A stretch of DNA of 64,000 bases from a bacterium (GTDB lineage: Bacteria; Desulfobacterota; Binatia; Binatales; Binataceae), in the NCBI GenBank assembly GCA_014896235.1, contig JADBKU010000001.1:69594-133593 (forward strand). The letters run 5' to 3'. The translations under genes were made by a program, and so were the position numbers. Positions within the stretch are counted from its first letter, which is position 1; each line of letters begins with the position of its first letter. The notes below the pieces were generated by a model. That model saw only the letters and a program-made list of their open reading frames with translations. It was not told the DNA's origin and made no database searches. Shown here one piece after another: positions 35,680 through 46,503 of the stretch.

Positions 35680-36534
35680 ATGAGGCGCGCCGCGCGAATT
35701 CTGCTGAGCTTATGGCTGGCGGGCGCAATGACGCTTGCTCAAGCATGCGCCGGACCAGCCAGCAGTGCACGCGATTACGGTTCCGGCGCGTCCAGGGTCG
35801 GCTCCAATGCGGCGGCAAGCTCCACGCGGCCGTCATCCGCGCCCGGCAGCGCGCCGAATATGAACGGCATGGTGGTCGATAAGGACGCAAGCTTGGCATT
35901 GACCGCCCATTTTCAGCGCAATCGCCTGCCGCTGGTCGGAGCGCAAGTCTTGCGGAATCCGTCGACCGGCCAACGGGCCGTCGTGCTTTACGGATACGTC
36001 GCGACCGATCGCGGAAAATCTGACGCACAGCGGCAAGCCGAAGACTACATCAATGATCCCGAAGTGGACGTGGAAAACCGAGTCGTCGTCGATCCGCAAC
36101 TGATGGCATCGAGCGGTTCCGGCGGGCCGGGCACGGCTGGCGCTAATAATTCGACCGCTGGCTACTACGATCCGAATTCCGCACAATCCGCGAACTCAAC
36201 GCCCGGAACGCAGAGCTATTACGACCAGCAAAACCAGTCCGCACAGATTCAGCAGTATCAGCAATACCAACAGCCGAGCGCACAAAGCATAAACTCGATC
36301 GCGCCATTGATCGCGTTGCTTGGAATTTTGAGCGCGGGGATGGCCGCGAGCGGCCCGGGAGGGTTCGGAGTTGGGCCGGGCTATCCTTCGCCGTATGGCT
36401 ATTCTGGCGCTTATCCGCCCTATGGCGGATTTCCGGCGCCGATCGCGCCGATGGCCCCCGTGGCGCCGATGTCGCCGTTCGGCTACGGGGGATCGCCGTT
36501 TGGCTTTAGCGGTCCTTTTTCAACTTTTCCCTGA
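35680..36534 (+). CDS. secreted BON-domain-like protein with Q/N/Y-rich low-complexity region, a hydrophobic segment and a G/Y/P-rich tail
   Basis: Signal peptide, then a BON-like segment (LVGAQVLRNPSTGQRAVVLYGYVATDRGKSDAQRQAEDYI…VENRVVVD), then QQYQQYQQ, then IAPLIALLGILSAGMAA, then a GYPSPYGYSGAYPPYGGF… tail. Confidence 0.55.
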   Translation: MRRAARILLSLWLAGAMTLAQACAGPASSARDYGSGASRVGSNAAASSTRPSSAPGSAPNMNGMVVDKDASLALTAHFQRNRLPLVGAQVLRNPSTGQRAVVLYGYVATDRGKSDAQRQAEDYINDPEVDVENRVVVDPQLMASSGSGGPGTAGANNSTAGYYDPNSAQSANSTPGTQSYYDQQNQSAQIQQYQQYQQPSAQSINSIAPLIALLGILSAGMAASGPGGFGVGPGYPSPYGYSGAYPPYGGFPAPIAPMAPVAPMSPFGYGGSPFGFSGPFSTFP

Positions 36535-36590
36535 TACGGCCTGATTTTCGGCGAATTGTCACGGACCGGGACGCTTTCAGCCGGTCTGGA

Positions 36591-37745
36591 CTATCGCATC
36601 GGGCCAAAGAAGGCGCGGATATCGTCGGCCAAGAGCTTCGGCTGTTCCATCGCCGCGAAATGCCCCCCCACCGGCATCACGGTCCAGCGTTGGATATTGA
36701 AGGCGCGTTCGGCCCACGCCCGCGGCGGCTTCAGGATTTCGCCTGGAAAAATTGCCGCGGCGGTTGGCGTCTCGATTCGCCCGGACCGGTCCGGACGCCA
36801 CGGATGATGCCGCGCTTCATAATACAGACGGGTTGACGAATTGATTGATTGGGTGACCCAGTAGATCATGATGTTCGTCAGAACCTGATCCTTGCTTAAG
36901 GCCTTTTCCAAATTTCCGCCGCAATCCGACCAGGTACGAAATTTCTCGACGATCCACGCCGCCAGTCCGGCGGGCGAATCGTTCAGACCGTAGGCCAGCG
37001 TCTGGGGCTTGGTTCCCTGAATCCACTGATAACCGCTTTCCTCGCGCCGAAAATGATCCATGTCGGCCAAAAAGACCTTTTCTTCGCTGGATAGCTCGCT
37101 CGAATCGTCGCGCCGGCCGCCGACGAAGAGCAGATTCAAATGGATGCCGTAAAGGCTTGCGCCATGCACCTCGCCGAGGCGCGACGTAATCGCCGCCCCC
37201 CAATCTCCGCCTTGCGCGCAATAGCGCGAAAAACCGAGCACATCGGTCATTAACTCGTGGAAAATCTCGGCGATGGCTTGGATATTAATCGCGCGCGTGC
37301 GCGGATGGCCGGAGAAGCCATAGCCGGGCAGGGAAGGCGCAATCACCGTAAAGGAATGGTTCGGATCGCCGCCGTGCGCGCCCGGATCGGTGAGCATCGG
37401 AATGATCCGCGTGAACTCGCAAATCGAGCCGGGCCATCCGTGCGATAGCAGCAGCGGTTTGGGATTCGGACCGCGACCGGGTTCATGGATGTAATGAATG
37501 TCGATTCCGTCGATCTCGACATGAAATTGGGCGAAGCGGTTAAGCTCGGCTTCGTGCTTGCGCCAATCGTAATTCGTGCGCCAATATTCGACCAATTCCT
37601 TCATATAAGCTAGATTAGCGCCGTATTCCCATCCGGTGTTGGGCACTTCGTCGGGAAATCGGGTGCGCGCCAGCCGCTCCCGCAGGTCGCGCAGAACCTC
37701 ATCTGAAACTTCGATACGAAACGGTGCGATTGCGCCGTGAGCCAT
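36591..37745 (-). CDS. epoxide hydrolase (microsomal-EH-like, N-terminal EHN domain plus alpha/beta hydrolase)
   Basis: Start at MAHGAIAPFRIEVSDEVLRDLRERLARTRFPDE…HGWPGS. Nucleophile elbow GGDWGA. Confidence 0.85.
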   Translation of the reverse strand: MAHGAIAPFRIEVSDEVLRDLRERLARTRFPDEVPNTGWEYGANLAYMKELVEYWRTNYDWRKHEAELNRFAQFHVEIDGIDIHYIHEPGRGPNPKPLLLSHGWPGSICEFTRIIPMLTDPGAHGGDPNHSFTVIAPSLPGYGFSGHPRTRAINIQAIAEIFHELMTDVLGFSRYCAQGGDWGAAITSRLGEVHGASLYGIHLNLLFVGGRRDDSSELSSEEKVFLADMDHFRREESGYQWIQGTKPQTLAYGLNDSPAGLAAWIVEKFRTWSDCGGNLEKALSKDQVLTNIMIYWVTQSINSSTRLYYEARHHPWRPDRSGRIETPTAAAIFPGEILKPPRAWAERAFNIQRWTVMPVGGHFAAMEQPKLLADDIRAFFGPMR

Positions 37746-38100
37746 CGCGTGCCTCCACGGATCGATTCGCTTTTGCCGCGGCTGACTGACGCGAAGCGAG
37801 CCGAATCCGATGGAATTGCTATAGGCGATCATGTGCCGCAGTCAACAGCGCGAACCGTGAAATCGAAGTGAATCTGTGGACGTTGAAGATCGTCAGGCAT
37901 GGCGCGCCTTGATCCGTTGATTCGCCAAGTGGGAGAATCTTTGCGACGGCGGCGGGCATCGCGTGTCCGCAAGCGCCGTTTGAGCGCCGAATTTAAGCGG
38001 CGCGCGGAAAGATTTATGGCAAGCGGCCGGCTCCGGATCGCGGCGCGGTCCGCCGAGCGAGCCGGCCAACCGCAACCCATCACAAGGAATTGGAGCCAAG

Positions 38101-40131
38101 GTGGCACTCGCATCGGATTCGAAACTCACGCAGGCCGAACTCGACCAACTGTGCGTCAACTCGATTCGCGTACTCGCAATCGACGCGGTGCAAAAGGCCA
38201 ATTCTGGTCATCCGGGGATGCCGATGGGGATGGCGCCGGTCGCATATCTCCTCTTCACCCGCTATCTGAAGCACAACCCGAAAAATCCGCATTGGTACGG
38301 GCGCGACCGTTTCGTGCTCTCGGCCGGGCACGGCTCGATGCTGCTTTACGCATCGCTGTATCTGACGGGCTACGATTTGCCGCTCGACGAACTCAAGCGG
38401 TTTCGCCAGCTCCACAGTAAAACGCCCGGCCATCCGGAGCACGGCCTGACGCCGGGCGTCGAGACCACAACCGGCCCGCTTGGCCAGGGCTTCGGCAACG
38501 GCGTGGGGATGGCGATCGCCGCCAAACACATGGCGGCGCGGTTCGAGCGCGACAATCCGCGCCTGTTTGAACATCGCATTTTCGCGATCGTCAGCGACGG
38601 CGACCTGATGGAGGGAATTGCCAGCGAAGCCGCATCGATCGCCGGCCATCTCGGACTCGGCAACATTGTTTACCTCTATGACGACAATCACGTGACCATC
38701 GATGGTCATACCGACCTGTCGTTTTCCGAGGACGTCACGCGCCGCTTCGACGCCTACGGATGGCATACGCAAGTGGTCGAGAACGCCAACGATCTCGCCG
38801 CACTCAGCCATGCGATCGACAATGCGATCGCCGAAGACGGCCGGCCGTCGCTGATTCGCGTGCGCAGCCATATCGGCTACGGCAGTCCGCATCGCCAGGA
38901 CACCTCCGAAGCGCACGGCAAGCCGCTCGGCGCCGAAGAGATCAAGCTGGTCAAACAGTTCTACGGATGGCCGACCGAACCGGATTTTTACGTTCCCGAT
39001 GCGGCGCTCAACGAATTCCGCAAATGCGTCGAACGGGGCGCGCATTACGAGCGCGAGTGGCAGGACCGCTTTGACGGCTGGGCGAAGGCGCATCCCGAGT
39101 CGGCGGCGCAGTTTCGCGCGATGATCGCGGGGGAACTGCCGCGGGGATGGGACGCAGACCTGCCGGTTTTCACGAAAGACCAATCGTTTGCGACGCGCGA
39201 GTCGGCGTCGAAGGCCGAGCGCGCGATTCATCCGCACGTGTGGAACCTGTTCGGCGGCGCGGCCGATTTGAACGAATCGACCTTTACCGACGTGGTTGAC
39301 GGTGGCGATTTCGAGCGCGGAAACTATGCCGGCCGCAATCTTCATTTCGGCATCCGCGAGCACGGGATGTGCGCGATTCTTAACGGCATCGCGCTGCACG
39401 GCGGATTCATTCCGTACGGATCGAGCTTCTTCGTTTTCACCGACTATTGCCGCCCGTCGATTCGGCTCGCCGCGTTGATGGAACAGCACGTGATTTACGT
39501 TTTCACGCACGATTCGATCGGCGTGGGCGAAGACGGACCGACCCATCAGCCGGTCGAGCACCTGACGGCGATGCGCGCGATTCCAAATCTGACCGTAATC
39601 CGCCCGGGCGACGCCAACGAGGCGGTGGAGGCGTGGCGCGTCGCGATGACGCATCGAGGCGGGCCGGTGATGCTGGTTTTGTCGCGGCAGAAAATTCCGA
39701 CGTTGGATCGGTCGGTCACGGCGCCCGCTGCGGGATTGGCGCGCGGCGCTTACGTGCTGTGCGAGACGGCGGGTCGCGCGCCGGAATTGATCCTGATCGG
39801 AACCGGCTCCGAGCTCCATCTGGCGGTCGGCGCGAAGGCCGAGCTGGAAAAGCGCGGACATGCCGTGCGGGTGGTGAGCATGCCCAGTTTCGAGCTTTTC
39901 GCCAAGCAGCCGCGGGAGTATCGCGACGAGGTGCTGCCGCCCGCCATTCGCAAACGGCTGGCGGTCGAAGCCGGCGCGCCGGACGGATGGTATCGGTGGG
40001 TCGGGATCGACGGCGACGTGGTCGCGATGACGAGCTTCGGCGCGTCGGCGCCGGTGAACGACGTGATGAAGCATTTCGGCTTCACGGTCGAGAATGTGAT
40101 CGAACGGGCGCTCAAGTTGATTGGCCGCTAG
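38101..40131 (+). CDS. tkt: transketolase
   Basis: GTG start. …[19 protein letters not shown]…, the TPP-binding GDGDLMEG motif, and the C-terminal domain; 676 aa. Confidence 0.9.
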   Translation: MALASDSKLTQAELDQLCVNSIRVLAIDAVQKANSGHPGMPMGMAPVAYLLFTRYLKHNPKNPHWYGRDRFVLSAGHGSMLLYASLYLTGYDLPLDELKRFRQLHSKTPGHPEHGLTPGVETTTGPLGQGFGNGVGMAIAAKHMAARFERDNPRLFEHRIFAIVSDGDLMEGIASEAASIAGHLGLGNIVYLYDDNHVTIDGHTDLSFSEDVTRRFDAYGWHTQVVENANDLAALSHAIDNAIAEDGRPSLIRVRSHIGYGSPHRQDTSEAHGKPLGAEEIKLVKQFYGWPTEPDFYVPDAALNEFRKCVERGAHYEREWQDRFDGWAKAHPESAAQFRAMIAGELPRGWDADLPVFTKDQSFATRESASKAERAIHPHVWNLFGGAADLNESTFTDVVDGGDFERGNYAGRNLHFGIREHGMCAILNGIALHGGFIPYGSSFFVFTDYCRPSIRLAALMEQHVIYVFTHDSIGVGEDGPTHQPVEHLTAMRAIPNLTVIRPGDANEAVEAWRVAMTHRGGPVMLVLSRQKIPTLDRSVTAPAAGLARGAYVLCETAGRAPELILIGTGSELHLAVGAKAELEKRGHAVRVVSMPSFELFAKQPREYRDEVLPPAIRKRLAVEAGAPDGWYRWVGIDGDVVAMTSFGASAPVNDVMKHFGFTVENVIERALKLIGR

Positions 40132-40176
40132 GCCGGGGCAGCGCGCGCATCCGCGTTCGCGCAGGGAGCAATCGCG

Positions 40177-43026
40177 ATGAGCAATTCTGTCAGTCGGCTC
40201 AAGCAATTGGGACAATTCGGCCAGAGCGTATGGCTCGATTATATCCGCCGCCATCTGCTCGTTTCCGATGAATTCCGCAAGCTGATCGAAGACGATGGCG
40301 TCGACGGGATGACGTCGAATCCGACGATTTTCGAAAAGGCGATCGCCGGTTCCAACGACTACGATGACGAACTGACCGAATTGGTCCGCGCGGGCAAAAG
40401 CGTGGACGAGATTTACGAGGCGCTTTCGACCGCCGATATCAAGATGGCGGCGGATCGGCTGCGGCCGATCTGGGAGCGCAGCCACGGGCGCACTGGTTAC
40501 GTCAGCTATGAAGTTTCCCCGCTGCTGGCGCATGACACCGACGGCACGATCGAAGCGGCGCGGCGCTATTTCAAACTGATCGACCGGCCCAACCTGATGA
40601 TCAAAGTGCCGTCCACGCCGGCTGGAATTCCGGCGATCGAAAAGCTGATCGCCGAGGGACGGTGCATCAACGTGACCCTGATGTTCTCGCTCAAGCATTA
40701 CGAGAACGTCGCGAACGCGTATATCCGCGGGCTTGAGGCGCGGGCGCGGGCGGGCCTGCCGCTGGATAAAATCGCCTCGGTGGCGAGCGTGTTCGTGAGC
40801 CGGGTCGAAACGCTGGTCGACAAGCGGCTCGACGAGAAGCTCAAGGCCAATCCGGACGAAGCGATCGCGGCGATGCGGGGAACGGCGGCGGTCGCGAACG
40901 CGAAGGTGATCTATCAGCGCTTCAAGGAGCTGTTCGGCGGGGCGGAGTTCAAGGCCCTGGCGGCGCGCGGCGCACGCGTGCAGCGTCCGCTCTGGGCGTC
41001 GACGGGAACGAAGGATCCGAAATACAGCGATATCAAATACGTGCAGGAATTGATCGGTCCCGACACCGTGAACACAATGCCGCCGGCGACGATGGACGCG
41101 TATCGCGACCACGGCGCGCCGCGCGCCACGCTGGAGGAAGGCGTCGCCGAGGCGAAAGAGACGGTCGAACGATTGCGCGGAATCGGGATCGATCTGTACG
41201 AAGTCGGGGAAGTGCTGCAGCGCGAAGGCGTGGATGCGTTCGTCAAGTCATTCGATGATTTGCTCGCGGTGATCAAGAAACGGCGTGACGCGATTCTGGC
41301 GGGCGCCCACGATCGGCAGCGGATCGCAGCGCCGGCGGCGGAGAAAGAGATCGCGGCGGCTTACGCGCGTCTCGATGCCGAGGAGTTTCCCTCGCGGCTG
41401 TGGCGGAAGGATCCGACGCTCTGGAAAAAAGAGCCGGCCCATCAGGAGATAATCCGCAACGCGCTTGGATGGCTGACCGTGCCGGAGACGATGGCCGAGC
41501 AGGCGGGCCCGTTGCGCCAGTTCGCGGACAGCGTGCGCAAGGAGCGTTACCAGGACGTTGTGCTGCTCGGCATGGGCGGTTCGAGCCTTTGTCCCGAGGC
41601 GCTGGCGAAGACCTTTTACAGCGCGCCGGGCTTTCCGCGGATGCACGTGCTGGACTCCACCGCGCCCGACCAGATTCGCGCTATTGAGCGGCGGATCGAC
41701 ATCATGTCAACGCTGTTCGTGGTCTCGTCGAAATCGGGCGGCACTGTCGAGACCATGTCGCATTGCGCCTATTTCTTCGCGCAGGCTGCGGCGCGGCGCG
41801 GAAACGCGGCGGGCCGCAGCTTCGTCGCGATTACGGACGCCGGCACGAATCTCGAAAATATCGCACGCGAGCGCGGGTTTCGCCGCATCTTTTTGAATCC
41901 GCGGGATATCGGCGGCCGTTATTCGGCGCTTTCGTATTTTGGACTGGTTCCGGCGGCCCTGATGGGAATCGACGTTGGCGCGCTGGTCGATCGCGGAATC
42001 CGGATGGCGCACAGTTCGGCGGCGTGCGTGAAAGCGCGCGACAACGCGGGCGTCGGTCTGGGCGCGGCGCTCGGGGCGTTGTATCAACAGGGCCGCGACA
42101 AACTGACGCTGATCATTTCGCCGTCGATCGCAGCGTTCGGCCTCTGGCTGGAGCAGCTTGTAGCCGAGAGCACCGGCAAGGACGGAGTGGGAATCGTGCC
42201 AGTGTACGACGAACCGGTGGGCGCGCCCGAGGTTTACGGCGGCGACCGGATGTTCGTCTATCTGCGGCTGGAGAACGGCGCCGACCCGGTGCAGGACGCG
42301 GCGGTCGCGGCGCTGGAAAAAGCGGGCCTGCCGGTGATCCGCATTTCGATCGAGGACAAGCTCGATTTGGGCGAGGAGTTCATGCGCGGGGAGCTTGCGA
42401 CGGCGACCGCGGGCGCGATGCTCGGGATCGACCCATTCGATCAGCCCAACGTGCAGGAGAGCAAGGACAATACGAACCGGCTGCTCAAAGAGTTCGCGGC
42501 GCGCGACAAATTCGCCGAAGAGCATCCGGCGGCGGAGCACGGAATCGTTTCGCTCTTCTGCCCGGATCGCGTGCGCGCGAAGATGGGCGGCGAAGGCGAT
42601 TTCGATGCGCTGCTCAAGGCGTTCCTTAGTCTCGCGAAGCCGGGAGACTATTTCGCGATAATGGCCTACGTCGCGACGGATCCGATGGTCGAGCGCGAGA
42701 TCGCGCGAATCCGGAAGGCGGTGCGCAACCGGCTTAAAATCGCGACGACCTTCGGCTACGGGCCGCGCTTTTTGCATTCGACCGGGCAGCTTCACAAGGG
42801 TGGACCGAATACGGGGCTGTTCCTGCAGATCACGCAGGATCATTCGGACAATCCGATGATTCCCAACGCGCCGTATGGGTTCGCGACGCTTAACGAGGCG
42901 CAGCATCGGGGCGATTACGAAGCGCTCGAGCGGCACGGCCGGCGCGTTTTGCGGGCGCATCTGCACGGCGACGTGGCAAGCGCGATGGGCGTGCTGCGCG
43001 GCGCCATCGTCGAAGCGCTGGGATGA
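40177..43026 (+). CDS. bifunctional transaldolase / glucose-6-phosphate isomerase fusion
   Basis: N-terminal transaldolase (GQSVWLDYIRR…DGMTSNPTIFEKAI) fused to a C-terminal PGI/SIS domain; 949 aa. Confidence 0.85.
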   Translation: MSNSVSRLKQLGQFGQSVWLDYIRRHLLVSDEFRKLIEDDGVDGMTSNPTIFEKAIAGSNDYDDELTELVRAGKSVDEIYEALSTADIKMAADRLRPIWERSHGRTGYVSYEVSPLLAHDTDGTIEAARRYFKLIDRPNLMIKVPSTPAGIPAIEKLIAEGRCINVTLMFSLKHYENVANAYIRGLEARARAGLPLDKIASVASVFVSRVETLVDKRLDEKLKANPDEAIAAMRGTAAVANAKVIYQRFKELFGGAEFKALAARGARVQRPLWASTGTKDPKYSDIKYVQELIGPDTVNTMPPATMDAYRDHGAPRATLEEGVAEAKETVERLRGIGIDLYEVGEVLQREGVDAFVKSFDDLLAVIKKRRDAILAGAHDRQRIAAPAAEKEIAAAYARLDAEEFPSRLWRKDPTLWKKEPAHQEIIRNALGWLTVPETMAEQAGPLRQFADSVRKERYQDVVLLGMGGSSLCPEALAKTFYSAPGFPRMHVLDSTAPDQIRAIERRIDIMSTLFVVSSKSGGTVETMSHCAYFFAQAAARRGNAAGRSFVAITDAGTNLENIARERGFRRIFLNPRDIGGRYSALSYFGLVPAALMGIDVGALVDRGIRMAHSSAACVKARDNAGVGLGAALGALYQQGRDKLTLIISPSIAAFGLWLEQLVAESTGKDGVGIVPVYDEPVGAPEVYGGDRMFVYLRLENGADPVQDAAVAALEKAGLPVIRISIEDKLDLGEEFMRGELATATAGAMLGIDPFDQPNVQESKDNTNRLLKEFAARDKFAEEHPAAEHGIVSLFCPDRVRAKMGGEGDFDALLKAFLSLAKPGDYFAIMAYVATDPMVEREIARIRKAVRNRLKIATTFGYGPRFLHSTGQLHKGGPNTGLFLQITQDHSDNPMIPNAPYGFATLNEAQHRGDYEALERHGRRVLRAHLHGDVASAMGVLRGAIVEALG

Positions 43027-43820
43027 GCGCGAGCGGCGGCGCGGCGCTGGAAAATCAAAATCTGACGGAACGGGTGGAGATGAGCGAGCCAAAAATCGTG
43101 GTGCTCGACGACGCGCAGGCGCTTTATGCCCACGCGGCCGAGGAAATTGCGCATCTGGCGGGCGAAGCCGTGTGCACGCACGGCGAGTTCACCTTTTGCC
43201 TCTCGGGCGGTTCGACGCCGGCCTCGATATACGCGATGCTCGGCACGAAATTCATGTTGAGCGTCGATTGGAAGGAAGTGCAGTTTTTCTGGGGCGACGA
43301 GCGCTGCGTGCCGCCGGACGATCCGGCCAGCAATTATGCGATGGCGGCGCGCACGCTGCTTTCCAAATTGACATTGAGGCCGGATCAGGTGCATCGGATA
43401 CCCGGCGAGCGTCCGCCGGCCGATGCGGCGGCCGCGTATGAAAAGGAAATCCGCAGCCATTTCAGTTTGGGTCAGGGAGAGTTCCCCCGCTTCGATCTGG
43501 CGCTGCTGGGGTTGGGGGACAATTCACATACCGCGTCACTGTTCCCTGGAAGTCCAGCGATCCACGAAACGGAGCGTCTGGCGGTCGCCGTCGAGGTTGA
43601 CGATCCGACGCAACGCCATCGCGTGTCGCTGACGGCGCCGGTCTTCAACAATGCCGCGCACGTGATGTTCATCGTCGCGGGCGAAGCGAAAGCGCAGGCG
43701 GTGTGGAACGTGTTGCGCGGTCCGCGCGATGTCGGGAAATATCCGGCGCAGGTCATAGCGCCGACCGACGGCGACGTCATATGGCTGCTCGATCGGGCGG
43801 CGGCGGCGAAGCTGGCGTGA
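43023..43820 (+). CDS. pgl: 6-phosphogluconolactonase
   Basis: …FCLSGGSTPASIY…WKEVQFFWGDERCVP… Its start overlaps the tal-pgi stop (ATGA). Alternative start at ATG 43080. Confidence 0.85.
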   Translation: MSASGGAALENQNLTERVEMSEPKIVVLDDAQALYAHAAEEIAHLAGEAVCTHGEFTFCLSGGSTPASIYAMLGTKFMLSVDWKEVQFFWGDERCVPPDDPASNYAMAARTLLSKLTLRPDQVHRIPGERPPADAAAAYEKEIRSHFSLGQGEFPRFDLALLGLGDNSHTASLFPGSPAIHETERLAVAVEVDDPTQRHRVSLTAPVFNNAAHVMFIVAGEAKAQAVWNVLRGPRDVGKYPAQVIAPTDGDVIWLLDRAAAAKLA

Positions 43821-43881
43821 GTCTTCGCGGCAATTTCAGGGAACGGCTGGAAGTTCCCCGGCCACGCGTGAAAGGACGATC

Positions 43882-44469
43882 ATGGCGCGCTTCGCGATTC
43901 GCCATCTGACGGCGATTCTGATTCTGGCGGCAGTGGCGGCGTGGGCCATTTTCTACCTACCCGGCACGCCGTCGTGGACAATTTTTCAACTCAAACAGGC
44001 GGTTGACGCGCGCGACGGCGCTGGCGCCGCGCGATTCGTGGATTTCCAGAAAGTCGTCGTCAACGCCGGCGACGAAATGGTCTCGGATCAGTCGGGCAGC
44101 GGTAATGTCGTTACCGAATTTCTCGGCAAGGGCGCCGTGCAGCTGTTCTCGGGTCCGATGGCGGCGCTATTGGAATCGTGGGCGGAAAAGAAAGTTGACG
44201 ACGGCGCACGGCAGGTGCAGATGCCAGCGCTTGCGGTCGCCGGCGCAATCCTGATGCTGCATCGCGATGGCGACAGCGCATACACCCGTTGGCAGGACAA
44301 CAAGGGCAAGGTGTGGGAAGTGCGGATGGCTCGCGAGCAGGGTCAGTGGAAAATCGTACAGGTCAAGAACGTCAAACAATTGCTTGACCGGCTGCAGCGC
44401 GAGCAGAGCAAAAATCCGTATGGTCCGCCCTATGTCCCGGCGCCGCCGAGCGCCGCCGCGACGCCCTGA
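43882..44469 (+). CDS. membrane-anchored hypothetical protein (DUF2939-like)
   Basis: Single N-terminal TM (LTAILILAAVAAWAIFYL) followed by a soluble domain. Family assignment is from memory of the DUF2939 pattern and is tentative. Confidence 0.4.
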   Translation: MARFAIRHLTAILILAAVAAWAIFYLPGTPSWTIFQLKQAVDARDGAGAARFVDFQKVVVNAGDEMVSDQSGSGNVVTEFLGKGAVQLFSGPMAALLESWAEKKVDDGARQVQMPALAVAGAILMLHRDGDSAYTRWQDNKGKVWEVRMAREQGQWKIVQVKNVKQLLDRLQREQSKNPYGPPYVPAPPSAAATP

Positions 44470-44590
44470 GCCGGCCTGAATAGGGGTCCGCGGCGGGCCG
44501 CGTTTACTCGGACGGATCCAGCCGGTAAGATAGAGAACGCGCGGTCGGCAGGCGTAAGCGTCTCGGCCGCGTATTCATATTCAGGGCGAT

Positions 44591-46435
44591 ATGCGACGGC
44601 AGGATATTCGAAATCTCGCGATTGTGGCGCACGTCGATCACGGAAAAACGACGCTGGTCGATGCGTTATTGCGTCAGTCAGGCGTTTTTCGCGCCAATGA
44701 ACAGGTGGTCGATCGCGTGATGGACTCGAACGCGCTGGAGCGCGAGCGGGGCATCACGATCATGGCGAAAAACACCTCGATCACGTGGGGCGATATCCGC
44801 ATCAATATCGTCGATACTCCCGGCCATTCTGATTTCGGCGGCGAGGTCGAGCGGACGCTGTCGATGGTCGATGGCGTGCTGCTGCTGGTGGACGCCTGCG
44901 AGGGGCCGCTGCCGCAGACGCGCTTTGTGCTCAAAAAAGCTCTGGAGGCCAAGCTTCCGGCGGTCGTATGCATCAACAAGATCGACCGGCATGATGCGCG
45001 GCCGGCCGAGGTGCTGGACGAAGTTTACGATCTTTTCATCGACTTGGGCGCCGACGAAAATCAGATCGATTTTCCCGTCCTCTATACAAATGGACGCGCG
45101 GGTACGGCGGCGACTAGCCTGAACGAGCCGGGACGCGATCTGCGCCCGCTGTTTGAGACGATAATCGATCAGTTGCCGGGTCCTGAAGTCGATCCCGACG
45201 CGTCGGTGCAATTTCAGGTCAACAATCTCGACTACGACGATTACGTCGGCCGTCTTGCGATCGGCCGAATCGTCGCGGGCGCGCTCAAGGTCGGCGAAAG
45301 TTATTCCGTGTGCCGTCCCGACGGCACGCGCGCGGTCAGCAAAATCACGCGGCTGTATAGCTGGCAGGGATTGAAGCGGGTCGAACGCGCCGAGGCGCGC
45401 GCCGGCGATATAGTGATGGTCGCGGGCAGCGATGAAATCGAAATTGGCGACACGATCGCGGACCTCGAGGAGCCGCGTCCGCTGCCGGGAATCCGCGTTG
45501 ACGAACCGACCGTCGCGATGACGTTTTCCGTCAACAACGCCCCATGGGCGGGCCGCGAAGGCGAATTTGTGACTTCGCGCAAGCTCGGCGAACGGATTAT
45601 GTACGAATCGCGGCGCAACGTGAGCGTACGCGTCGAACAGATCAGCGCCGATGCCTGGCGAGTCATGGGCCGGGGCGAACTGGCGCTCGCCGTGATTCTC
45701 GAGACGATGCGCCGCGAACGGTATGAACTCCAGGTTTCAAAACCCACGGTTATTACCCGCGAAGAGAATGGTGCAGTGCTCGAACCGATGGAATTCATCG
45801 TATGCGACATTCCGGAGGAGTATATCGGCACGGTTACGCAACTGCTTTCGGCGCGGAAGGGCCGCATGCGCTCGATGGAAACGCATGCCAGCGGACGCGT
45901 TCGTCTCGAGTACGACGCCCCGTCGCGCGGGCTGATCGGATTTCGCGGCCGGTTCCTCGCCGAGACGCGCGGACTCGGCGTGATGCATACGATTTTTAAC
46001 GGATATGCGCCGTGGGCGGGTTCGATTCGCTCGCGTCAGAACGGTGCGATGATTTCAGATCGCGAAGGCGTGGCGACCGGCTACGCGATTTTCCATCTTC
46101 AAGAGCGCGGCCGGTTTTTCATCTCGGCGGGCGATCCAGTCTACGAAGGGATGATCGTGGGCGAATATTCCCGCGAGACCAATCTTCCGGTGAATGTCTG
46201 CCGCGAAAAAAAGCTCACCAACATCCGCGCCGCGGGCCACGACGAGGCGATTCGCCTCACGCCGCCCCGCGTGATGACGCTTGATGCCGCGCTTGAGTGG
46301 ATCGACGAGGAAGAGTTGGTCGAACTCACGCCCACCTCGGTCAGGCTGCGGAACAAGATCCTGAAGACCGCGCTGCGCGGAAAGCATCGCGCGGCGTGGT
46401 CGGACACGGTTGAATCCGGCGTTGCCGGCGCCTGA
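44591..46435 (+). CDS. typA: translational GTPase TypA/BipA
   Basis: NLAIVAHVDHGKTTLVDALL…DTPGHSDFGGEVER; 614 aa. Confidence 0.9.
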   Translation: MRRQDIRNLAIVAHVDHGKTTLVDALLRQSGVFRANEQVVDRVMDSNALERERGITIMAKNTSITWGDIRINIVDTPGHSDFGGEVERTLSMVDGVLLLVDACEGPLPQTRFVLKKALEAKLPAVVCINKIDRHDARPAEVLDEVYDLFIDLGADENQIDFPVLYTNGRAGTAATSLNEPGRDLRPLFETIIDQLPGPEVDPDASVQFQVNNLDYDDYVGRLAIGRIVAGALKVGESYSVCRPDGTRAVSKITRLYSWQGLKRVERAEARAGDIVMVAGSDEIEIGDTIADLEEPRPLPGIRVDEPTVAMTFSVNNAPWAGREGEFVTSRKLGERIMYESRRNVSVRVEQISADAWRVMGRGELALAVILETMRRERYELQVSKPTVITREENGAVLEPMEFIVCDIPEEYIGTVTQLLSARKGRMRSMETHASGRVRLEYDAPSRGLIGFRGRFLAETRGLGVMHTIFNGYAPWAGSIRSRQNGAMISDREGVATGYAIFHLQERGRFFISAGDPVYEGMIVGEYSRETNLPVNVCREKKLTNIRAAGHDEAIRLTPPRVMTLDAALEWIDEEELVELTPTSVRLRNKILKTALRGKHRAAWSDTVESGVAGA

Positions 46436-46503
46436 TGGCGGAAATCAATCTAAATTTGTAAAACTCTTCGGCGCGGCGGAGAATTCTGTCCACGTCGAGT
46501 CCG

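Noticed and set aside
38080-41112. 1010-aa minus-strand ORF
   Set aside because: Antisense to transketolase and the Tal-PGI fusion; low-complexity Arg/His-rich; no motifs.
41707-43092. 461-aa minus-strand ORF
   Set aside because: Antisense to the PGI domain and pgl; Arg-rich noise.
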